From assembly GCA_045658925.1 (NCBI GenBank), contig JAZOVV010000045.1:1763-65762 (forward strand): DNA of 64,000 nt. The letters are read 5' to 3'. The notes under the pieces are model-generated. The model saw nothing but the letters and a program-made list of their open reading frames with translations. It had not been told where the DNA came from and made no database searches. This DNA comes from Eubacteriales bacterium. Its GTDB lineage: Bacteria; Bacillota; Clostridia; Oscillospirales; CAG-272. Below are positions 56,550-64,000 of the stretch, piece after piece; position 1 is the stretch's first letter, and each line of letters begins with the position of its first letter. A program made the position numbers and the translations under genes.

Positions 56550-57953
56550 ATGAGGAAAATAATTGGTGTAATTCTTTTCGTTTTGGTAATATTAACAGCT
56601 TCGGGTTGCGTAAACAATTTGGATAAAGATGCAATAGAATACACACTCTCCGATGACGAAACATATTATATTTTGTCTTATGTTGGAGAAAATATTGAGG
56701 AACTTGTTATTCCCGAATATTATAACGGAAAGCCGGTGCTTGAAATTGGAGATAATGCTTTTTGCTATAATATTCATCCAACATCACATAACAATTCTAA
56801 AATAAAGAATGTTCAAATCGAAGCAAAGCTGACCAAAATTGGCGCTTCCGCATTTAAAGAGTGCACTTTGCTTGAAACCATCAATATTCCGCAAACGGTA
56901 ACTGAAATTGGTTCAAACGCATTTTCAATGTGTGAATCTCTTAAAAGCATTGAAATTCCAATCGGTGTAACGCAAATTAACAAATCGCTCTTTTTTGAAT
57001 GTAAAGAATTAAAATCCATAAGCCTTCATAACAATATTGTAAAAATTGATGACTATGCTTTCTTTGGATGTAAGTCCATTACCGAAATAACCTTACCGCA
57101 GGAAATAGAATTTATTGGCGACTGTGCGTTTTCTACGATGGGAAGCCTTGCGGAAATCAAAATTGTTGAAGAAAACCCCAATTTTGCATCTGTTGATGGA
57201 GTTCTTTATAGCAAGGATCAAAAAACACTTATTCAATATCCACCCAAAAAAGAGTGCGAAAGCTATGCAATTCTCGAAGGAGTTAAAACAGTATGTGAAT
57301 ATGCTTTTGCAGAAAATTCTATCATCAAAAGTATTTCCATTCCCAACAGCGTAAATAAAATTCATTCCTATGCATTTTATAAGTGCGTCGCCCTAGAGGA
57401 CATAAACATTCCAACCGAAGTAAAAACATTATCAATGCGCGCATTTGAGGGATGCACATCACTTAAAGGGCTTGTGCTTCACAATAAAATAACAAAAATT
57501 GATTACGGAGCATTTATTGGTTGCTCTTCTCTTGAAAAAATGCAAATCCCAGAAAGCGTAACCGAGATAGGTGGATATGCGTTTGCGGAATGTTCAAGTC
57601 TGAAAGAGATCAATCTCCCCACTAGTTTGAAAGAATTACCTTATGCAATGTTTAAAAATTGCACATCTCTTGAAACCATTACCATTCCGAACGGGATAAA
57701 GGAAATTGATTTTGACACTTTTTTGAATTGCACTTCTCTAAAAAGCGTTTATATTCCAAGCTCTGTAAAGGAAATAAATTATGGAGCATTTGGAGTTTGT
57801 ACTTCCCTTTCAGATATCTATTTTGACGGCAGTATGACAAAATGGAAATTGGTTGACGGACTCTATGGAATTTTGGGAAACAAAAAAGATGATTGGTGCT
57901 TTGGCTCCAACAATTTTGTTGTTCATTGTACCGATGGAGATATTGGACAATAG
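56550..57953 (+). CDS. BspA-type leucine-rich repeat lipoprotein (AT-rich gene)
   Basis: Lipobox ASGC, many IG..AF..C..L repeats, SVDGVLYSKD motif. Start follows RBS GGAGG. Confidence 0.88.
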   Translation: MRKIIGVILFVLVILTASGCVNNLDKDAIEYTLSDDETYYILSYVGENIEELVIPEYYNGKPVLEIGDNAFCYNIHPTSHNNSKIKNVQIEAKLTKIGASAFKECTLLETINIPQTVTEIGSNAFSMCESLKSIEIPIGVTQINKSLFFECKELKSISLHNNIVKIDDYAFFGCKSITEITLPQEIEFIGDCAFSTMGSLAEIKIVEENPNFASVDGVLYSKDQKTLIQYPPKKECESYAILEGVKTVCEYAFAENSIIKSISIPNSVNKIHSYAFYKCVALEDINIPTEVKTLSMRAFEGCTSLKGLVLHNKITKIDYGAFIGCSSLEKMQIPESVTEIGGYAFAECSSLKEINLPTSLKELPYAMFKNCTSLETITIPNGIKEIDFDTFLNCTSLKSVYIPSSVKEINYGAFGVCTSLSDIYFDGSMTKWKLVDGLYGILGNKKDDWCFGSNNFVVHCTDGDIGQ

Positions 57954-57967
57954 AAAATAAGAAACAA

Positions 57968-57996
57968 AAAAAGGCTTCACGATGTGAAGCCTTTTT
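57968..57996. terminator. Bidirectional terminator
   Basis: aaaaaggcttcac/gtgaagccttttt. Confidence 0.8.
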
Positions 57997-58012
57997 ATTG
58001 TTCAATTTTGAA

Positions 58013-59128
58013 TTAGTGCAGGAAGCAACGCTCGGTGTCCTTGTCGAAGAAGTGCATTCTATCCATATCGAAGCCGACAACGATCTTTTCACCGGCTCTG
58101 GTGGTGGATCTGGAAGAAACGCGAGCGGTGAGTCTACCCTCTTCACCAACGGTGAGGTAGAGGTAAATTTCAGCACCCATAAGCTCGGTAACGTCAACGT
58201 CGCACTCAACGGTAGCACCGTGGCACTTGGAGATGGAGAGCTCGTCATCGTGGATACATTCGGGACGGAGACCTGCAACAACCTCTTTGCCGATGTACTC
58301 TTGCAGAGATTCTGCATTTGCCTTATCCTCGGGCAGCTTGAGCTCGTTGCCTTCGTATACGAAGTAAACACCGTCTTCCTTCTTAACCAGAGTTCCGTTA
58401 AGGAAGTTCATTTGAGGTGTGCCGATGAAGCCTGCTACGAAAATGTTAACAGGGTTATCGTACAGAGTTTGAGGAGTATCAACCTGTTGAATGAGACCGT
58501 CCTTCATAACAACGATTCTGGTAGCCATGGTCATAGCCTCTACCTGGTCGTGCGTTACGTATACGAAGGTGGTTTCTACACGGTTGTGAAGCTTTGTAAG
58601 CTCGGTTCTCATGGTTGCACGAAGCTTTGCGTCCAAGTTGGAGAGAGGCTCGTCAAGCAAGAATACCAGAGGATCACGGACGATTGCACGGCCGAGAGCT
58701 ACACGCTGCTTTTGACCGCCGGAGAGAGCCTTCGGCTTACGGTCGAGAAGGTGGGTAATGTCGAGAACGCGAGCTGCTTCCTCAACCTTTTTCTTAATGG
58801 TTTCCTTGGGAACCTTGCTCAACTTAAGACCGAATGCCATATTCTCAAATACGGACATATGGGGGTACAGAGCGTAGTTTTGGAATACCATTGCGATCTT
58901 ACGATCCTTAGGTGCTACGTCGTTTACAAGACGGTCGCCAATAAAGAGCTCACCCTCAGTGATCTCCTCAAGACCTGCGATCATACGAAGTGTGGAGGAC
59001 TTACCGCAACCGGAAGGACCTACCAATACCAAAAATTCTTTATCTTTAACTTCGAGGTTGAAGTCGGAAACAGCGGTAACGCCGCCGGGATACTTCTTGT
59101 AAATGTGTCTGAGGGATAAACTTGCCAT
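58013..59128 (-). CDS. msmX: Carbohydrate ABC transporter ATPase (MsmX/UgpC/MalK family), stand-alone
   Basis: GPSGCGKS, VFQNYALYPH, LSGGQKQR, DEPLSNLD, TOBE-like C-terminus. No adjacent permeases. Confidence 0.9.
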   Translation of the reverse strand: MASLSLRHIYKKYPGGVTAVSDFNLEVKDKEFLVLVGPSGCGKSSTLRMIAGLEEITEGELFIGDRLVNDVAPKDRKIAMVFQNYALYPHMSVFENMAFGLKLSKVPKETIKKKVEEAARVLDITHLLDRKPKALSGGQKQRVALGRAIVRDPLVFLLDEPLSNLDAKLRATMRTELTKLHNRVETTFVYVTHDQVEAMTMATRIVVMKDGLIQQVDTPQTLYDNPVNIFVAGFIGTPQMNFLNGTLVKKEDGVYFVYEGNELKLPEDKANAESLQEYIGKEVVAGLRPECIHDDELSISKCHGATVECDVDVTELMGAEIYLYLTVGEEGRLTARVSSRSTTRAGEKIVVGFDMDRMHFFDKDTERCFLH

Positions 59129-59241
59129 TTTAATTGACCTCCTTGGCGCCTCTTGCGAGGTATATTTTTTATCGTATAATATTATAACAGATTTTCGTCA
59201 AAATTGGAAGAGATTTTTCTCCCAAAATTTCTTCTTTTTTA

Positions 59242-59258
59242 TTGTGCAATCTGCACAA
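59242..59258. promoter_or_regulatory. Palindromic operator upstream of msmX
   Basis: Perfect TTGTGCA-atc-TGCACAA. Confidence 0.55.
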
Positions 59259-59270
59259 GGTTTTAAAGTG

Positions 59271-59307
59271 CGGGTGGTGTTCCCCAAGTAGGAAACACAC
59301 CCGTTTT
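59271..59307 (-). terminator. Terminator after tex
   Basis: cgggtggtgtttcc/ggaaacacacccg imperfect stem. Confidence 0.6.
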
Positions 59308-59320
59308 TTAATTTATTAAA

Positions 59321-61483
59321 TTACGCTTTTTGGCGACTTCTCATTGTCAGAGAAATGCGCTTTTTAGCAATATCAACGCTGAGAACGCGTACCTTTACGG
59401 CGTCTCCAACCTTAACAACGTCGGAAGGATGCTTAACGAACTTATCGGAAAGCTGAGAAATATGAACAAGACCGTCTTGGTGAACACCGATGTCAACGAA
59501 TGCGCCAAAGTCGATTACGTTACGCACGGTTCCGGTCAACTCCATATCGGGCTTGAGATCCTCAATACCGAGGATGTCATCGCGCAAAATGGGGGGCGGA
59601 AGTGTGTCACGAACGTCGCGGCCGGGCTTTTCGAGCTCGCTGACAATATCCTTGAGAGTAGGCTCACCGATGCCGAGCTTTGCGGCAACGTTGGCATACC
59701 CTTCCCCTTCAACCTTGCTACCAAGGTCTTTGAGGTTACCCTCGGCTACGTCCTCTTTGGTGTAACCAAAGTTTGCAAGCAAGGTGGCTGCTGCCTCGTA
59801 GGATTCGGGGTGAACGCCGGTATTATCGAAGATTTCCTTACCGCCGGGAACACGCAAAAAGCCTGCTGCCTGTTCGTAAGCCTTGGCACCGATGCGCGGA
59901 ACCTTGAGGAGCTGTGCACGGTTGGTGAATTCGCCGTTCTCTTCGCGGTACTTAACGATGTTACGCGCGGATGTAATATTGATACCCGAAATATAGGAAA
60001 GGAGCGAATAGGATGCCGTATTGATATCAACGCCTACGGCGTTTACGCAATCCTCTACAACGCCGCCAAGTGCTTCGTCAAGGCGCGCTTGCTTCATATC
60101 GTGCTGATACTGACCGACGCCGATACCCTTGGGGTCGATTTTGATAAGCTCTGCCAGAGGGTCTTGCAGACGGCGCGCGATGGAAACCGCACTTCTCTGC
60201 ATAACGTCGAATTCGGGGAATTCTTCGGCTGCGAGCTTGGATGCCGAGTAGATGGATGCACCTGCCTCGCTGACAACGATATACTTAGTTTCCTCGGGAA
60301 TTTCTTTGAGCAGATTTGCAACAAAGATTTCACTCTCCTTGGATGCCGTACCGTTACCGATAGCGATAACGTCTACGTTATGGCGGGTGATGAGGCGCTT
60401 CATAATGGATTTGCTCTTTTCAATCTCTTCGCGAGGCTTAACGGGATAGATAACTGCGGTGTCGACAACCTTACCGGTCTTATCGACCACTGCGAGCTTA
60501 CAGCCGTGTGCGTAGCCGGGGTCAAAGCCGAGGACAGTCTTGCCCTTAAGAGGAGATGCCATCAAGAGGTGGCTGAGGTTATCGGCAAATACCTTGATTG
60601 CACCTTCGCAAGCGTTATCAAAGATATCGCTACGGATTTCACGCTCGATAGAGGGCGCGATAAGACGGTCGTAGCTATCGAGAATAGCTGCGGAAACGTA
60701 CTTTTCGGCAGGGCTCTGGTTGTTGAGCAAAATTTGCGAGAAGAGATAATTGAGTACGATTTCGGGAGCGATGGCAATGCTTGCCTTGAGGAAATCTTCC
60801 TTTTCTCCGCGGTTGATAGCGAGAACGCGGTGAGGAAGAACCTTTTTGAGTGCTTCTGAGTACTCGTAGTATTGAGAATATACAGAATCCTCTTCCTTGG
60901 CTGCCTTAGAGGAAAGTGTACCGAACTCAAAGGTCAGGCGGCGAAGCTCTTTGCGGAACTCTGCATTATCGGAAATATCCTCTGCAATAATGTCCTTTGC
61001 GCCTTGAATGGCTTCTTCAACCGAAGCAACGCCCTTTTCTTCATCGATGAACGCCTCTGCTTGAACCTCGATAGCAGGCTCGTAGGTGGGCTCTTGTGCG
61101 ATGATGAGAGCTGCGAGGGGCTCGAGTCCCTTCTCTCTTGCAACAGATGCACGCGTTTTGCGGTGCGGGCGGAAAGGACGGTAAATATCGTCAACCTCGG
61201 TAATCGTTACGGCTGCTTGGATAGCTGCCTCGATTTCGGGGGTCATCTTTTCCTGTGCGGAAATGAGGTCGAATACCTCTTGTTTTCTCTTTTCGATATT
61301 GCGCAAGAAGTTGAGGCGGTCGTTCAGGTCACGCAGAATGTTGTCGTCAAGACTGCCCGTAACCTCTTTACGGTAACGTGCAATAAAGGGGATGGTGTTG
61401 CCCTCATCAATGAGTTCAACCGTCTTTTCAACGTGTTCGACCTTGATGTTAAATTCTTGCGAGAGTTTTTCAATAATGTTCAT
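59321..61483 (-). CDS. tex: Tex-family RNA-binding transcriptional accessory protein
   Basis: [30 protein letters not shown]-terminal S1 domain (FGAFVDIG). Start set at MNIIEKL. Confidence 0.95.
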   Translation of the reverse strand: MNIIEKLSQEFNIKVEHVEKTVELIDEGNTIPFIARYRKEVTGSLDDNILRDLNDRLNFLRNIEKRKQEVFDLISAQEKMTPEIEAAIQAAVTITEVDDIYRPFRPHRKTRASVAREKGLEPLAALIIAQEPTYEPAIEVQAEAFIDEEKGVASVEEAIQGAKDIIAEDISDNAEFRKELRRLTFEFGTLSSKAAKEEDSVYSQYYEYSEALKKVLPHRVLAINRGEKEDFLKASIAIAPEIVLNYLFSQILLNNQSPAEKYVSAAILDSYDRLIAPSIEREIRSDIFDNACEGAIKVFADNLSHLLMASPLKGKTVLGFDPGYAHGCKLAVVDKTGKVVDTAVIYPVKPREEIEKSKSIMKRLITRHNVDVIAIGNGTASKESEIFVANLLKEIPEETKYIVVSEAGASIYSASKLAAEEFPEFDVMQRSAVSIARRLQDPLAELIKIDPKGIGVGQYQHDMKQARLDEALGGVVEDCVNAVGVDINTASYSLLSYISGINITSARNIVKYREENGEFTNRAQLLKVPRIGAKAYEQAAGFLRVPGGKEIFDNTGVHPESYEAAATLLANFGYTKEDVAEGNLKDLGSKVEGEGYANVAAKLGIGEPTLKDIVSELEKPGRDVRDTLPPPILRDDILGIEDLKPDMELTGTVRNVIDFGAFVDIGVHQDGLVHISQLSDKFVKHPSDVVKVGDAVKVRVLSVDIAKKRISLTMRSRQKA

Positions 61484-61518
61484 CGTTGTAGCAGTTCCTT
61501 TCTGTTGGGACATAGAAT

Positions 61519-62220
61519 TTATGATTGGTTGAGCGCGGTAACTTCTGCTTCGGTCAGTTCTCGCCATTCTCCGCGCGAGAGCGTGGGGTCAAGCGTGAGC
61601 GGTCCGAAGGTGATGCGCTCGAGATAGGTAATTTGATTGTGGACGGCTTCCATCATCAACTTGATTTGATGATATTTGCCCTCGGTGAGGGTGATGTGCC
61701 CTTCTCTTTCGCCTGTCAATGAAACGGTGCAGGGCTTGGTGAAGTAGCCGCCGATGTCGACACCGCTCTGAAGTTCGGAAATATCTTTTTCCGACAGCGG
61801 AAACTTGACACGGAAGGCGTAGGTTTTTGCAACGTGGCGTTTTGGGGAGAGCAAACGGTGCGAAAGCTGACCGTCGTTGGTCAGGAGCATCAATCCAAGA
61901 GTATGCTTATCGAGGCGACCGCACGGGAAAAGCCCCATCTTTTGGTATTCCTCGGGCAAAAGCGAGGTGACAACCTGCTCACCGCGACTATCCTCGGTGG
62001 CACTGACGTAGCCGTCGGGCTTGTTGAGCATCACGTAAACGAATTCGCGCCACTTGACGGCTCTGCCGCAAAAGGTGATGACGTCGGTGGTGGGTTCGAC
62101 CTGCATATCTGCTTTGGTGACGGGTTGACCGTTGACGGTTATCTGCCCCGCTTTGGCGGCGCGTGCGCTTTCTTTTCGGCTTGCAATTCCACATTCCGAA
62201 AGCAATTTATCCAGTCGCAT
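61519..62220 (-). CDS. rsuA: 16S rRNA pseudouridine synthase (RsuA family)
   Basis: S4 domain [26 protein letters not shown]. Confidence 0.88.
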   Translation of the reverse strand: MRLDKLLSECGIASRKESARAAKAGQITVNGQPVTKADMQVEPTTDVITFCGRAVKWREFVYVMLNKPDGYVSATEDSRGEQVVTSLLPEEYQKMGLFPCGRLDKHTLGLMLLTNDGQLSHRLLSPKRHVAKTYAFRVKFPLSEKDISELQSGVDIGGYFTKPCTVSLTGEREGHITLTEGKYHQIKLMMEAVHNQITYLERITFGPLTLDPTLSRGEWRELTEAEVTALNQS

Positions 62221-62277
62221 TCCCCGTCCTCCCACACATTCAAAATTCGATGTTTTCAAAAGTCAACATACGAATAT

Positions 62278-62306
62278 ATTATACCATATTTGTTATATAT
62301 TGTCAA
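62278..62306 (-). promoter_or_regulatory. Sigma-A promoter of rsuA-tex
   Basis: Perfect TTGACA-17-TATAAT with extended -10 TG. Confidence 0.8.
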
Positions 62307-62402
62307 TAGAAATATGGGGTTTTAAAAAGGAAATAACGTAGTCATATGATCAAAACAACTCCGCCGAGACTCCCCCATACGGTTACTCTCAGCGGTATTA
62401 TT

Positions 62403-63230
62403 TTATTTTTTAAAAAATGGCGTATTTCTCATTTGGACTTGCAAGCTGTAAGCTCCCGCATAACCAATCTCTCTTGCCATAATAAATAGCGCGAGCAATT
62501 TATGGCTTGGGTTAGAGTAATATAGCATACGTTCTTCGCCATTAATAATGAGTTTTTGTCTCCGTACGAGCTTCAGCAACAATAAATCTTCAAATACATC
62601 ATCAATTTGGTCATCTACAATGCCGCAATCCTTGGCAAGAACTGCACTTTCGAAAGCATAGTTTGCATTTTTTTGATACAAATAAATCAATGCTCTCATT
62701 GTGTTTTCGTGAGAAAGTGCCTCAAAGAGCTTTTGCAAATCGTCCTTATCATTCAGAAAATGACCGTATCCCCCGTCTGGTTGCGGAAATACAGAAAAGA
62801 AAGACTCTTTTCCGTTGGATATAATTGTAAATCCATAATCATCAAGAATATAGGATGCGTTTTTCTGATTTTTGATTTCGTTGGGATCGTACTCCTTTCC
62901 TATCTCCATACGGCAATTAAATAAACCACGCTCGATCTGCCAGCAGATATCACGTGCAAGATGGAACCGCTCCTTTTCCTTGGTATTATAAATTAAGGAC
63001 ATAATTCTGCTCGAAATATCCGCCATCGAAACAGAATTGTTGTCAAAAAGCACGTCAAGTGAGACGTCAAGCTCTTGGGCAAGCGGCACAAGGAGTGCGC
63101 CGTCGGGATAGGTTTCGCTTGTTTCCCACTTGGATACCGCTTGTGCAGATACACCGAGTTTTGCAGCAAGCTGCTCTTGTGTCAGATTTTTTTCTTGTCG
63201 TAATCTTTTAATATTCGCCGATAAGCTCAC
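62403..63230 (-). CDS. XRE-family HTH regulator with long C-terminal domain
   Basis: LTQEQLAAKLGVSAQAVSKWE HTH; GTG start after GGAGG. Confidence 0.88.
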   Translation of the reverse strand: MSLSANIKRLRQEKNLTQEQLAAKLGVSAQAVSKWETSETYPDGALLVPLAQELDVSLDVLFDNNSVSMADISSRIMSLIYNTKEKERFHLARDICWQIERGLFNCRMEIGKEYDPNEIKNQKNASYILDDYGFTIISNGKESFFSVFPQPDGGYGHFLNDKDDLQKLFEALSHENTMRALIYLYQKNANYAFESAVLAKDCGIVDDQIDDVFEDLLLLKLVRRQKLIINGEERMLYYSNPSHKLLALFIMAREIGYAGAYSLQVQMRNTPFFKK

Positions 63231-63231
63231 C

Positions 63232-64000
63232 TTATTTACCTCCTATCATATGACAATTTCCGTTATAACTATATTCGTTATCATTTCTGCCACACATTTT
63301 TTCAAATGCCATCGAGATTAAAGAAAGAATCATACCATCACCATAGCACTCATAAATTTTCACTTCCCCCTGCGCAAGGTGTGCTATTACCCAACCACAG
63401 CCACCAATATTCCAAAACTCATCGAGAATTTCTACAACACGATCTTCTTTTATGCCGGTATTTTTTGCAACATAGTCTGCGGTAAAACTCACCGAACAAC
63501 TGTTAGAGTGGATAAAATGGATTACAGAAAACACATCTTCATTTGACAAAAAGCGAAAAATTTTTACAATTTCCCTTTGCTTGCGCACATCTTTCATCCA
63601 AGCAAAGTCCGCCTTGTTTCGCAAAAGCATAACAGACAAGTTTATATCTTGCGAACTTGATGCGAACTTAAAAACATTTCGATGTGTAATATTGGAATTA
63701 TAAAAACAAGAAGTATCTGTCGGAAATATTTCTTGCGTGTTATATAGGTCGGCATCTTTCTCGGAAACCCTCCCAAATAAAGCGGGAACCAGCAAACGCT
63801 CTATTTCGAAGGCTTTCAGCACAGACTCTTTGTGACCCAATCCATCAAACATAGCGCATAATTTTTCTTTTGTGCTTTGCTTTTTGTCATTGGAAAGTCC
63901 AAGAAGTGCATCGGTACTGATTCCATAATATTTTGAGAGTTCGATAAGCATTGGAAGATCGGGCATAGATGCACCGTTTTCCCATTTTGATATAGTCTTA
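63232..64000 (-). CDS. XRE-family HTH regulator, 5' end outside the window
   Basis: Frame stays open past the listed Met: ...KTISKWENGASMPDLPML...ISTDALLG, the second half of an XRE HTH. Confidence 0.85.
   Translation of the reverse strand, partial: KTISKWENGASMPDLPMLIELSKYYGISTDALLGLSNDKKQSTKEKLCAMFDGLGHKESVLKAFEIERLLVPALFGRVSEKDADLYNTQEIFPTDTSCFYNSNITHRNVFKFASSSQDINLSVMLLRNKADFAWMKDVRKQREIVKIFRFLSNEDVFSVIHFIHSNSCSVSFTADYVAKNTGIKEDRVVEILDEFWNIGGCGWVIAHLAQGEVKIYECYGDGMILSLISMAFEKMCGRNDNEYSYNGNCHMIGGK

Noticed and set aside
56550-57953. Periodic sequence that could suggest a CRISPR array or DNA tandem repeat
   Set aside because: The periodicity is protein-level LRR repeats; there are no identical DNA repeats with spacers and no cas genes.
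57893-60859. Long plus-strand ORFs (408 and 509 aa) opposite msmX and tex
   Set aside because: Same shadow-ORF effect; the minus-strand genes have clear family motifs.

Overview
64 kb of core chromosome from an endospore-forming Clostridia-class bacterium (Bacillota), judged from dpaAB, spoIVFB, spoVB, addAB, a T-box leader and a V/A-type ATPase. In order: partial rlmA, a two-component system and htrA; queG-addB-addA; a BspA-like lipoprotein; tRNA-Ile2(CAT); a large Asp-box (sialidase-like) surface protein; dpaA-dpaB and spoIVFB; comEC; acpP; trmB-nitroreductase-truB; a Tyr T-box-controlled Na+:solute symporter; an ORF/racemase/murE/dinB cluster; spoVB; a fused ABC exporter; a complete Na+-type V/A-ATPase operon; a dlt-like ACP-MBOAT-VanZ-SGNH-lipoprotein cluster; TetR-DUF308-plsY; a DMT transporter; tRNA-Gly(CCC); an SGNH hydrolase; an LRR lipoprotein; msmX; tex; rsuA; and two tandem XRE regulators. 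I found no integrase, transposase, prophage or CRISPR array. The most unusual signal is non-coding. Both tRNA genes are followed by a 160-175 bp element with the same architecture: terminator hairpin, antisense copy of that tRNA's own 3' end, hairpins including cGNAg triloops, then a sense copy of the T-arm interrupted in the T-loop. The two elements show no obvious sequence similarity to each other. Other leads are an orphan consensus promoter antisense to acpP, a Cys-nucleophile SGNH protein in the dlt-like cluster, a non-DAP-type MurE beside a truncated D-Asp ligase, and an apparently circularly permuted module inside the ABC permease. All calls were made by eye from motifs; no database searches were run.
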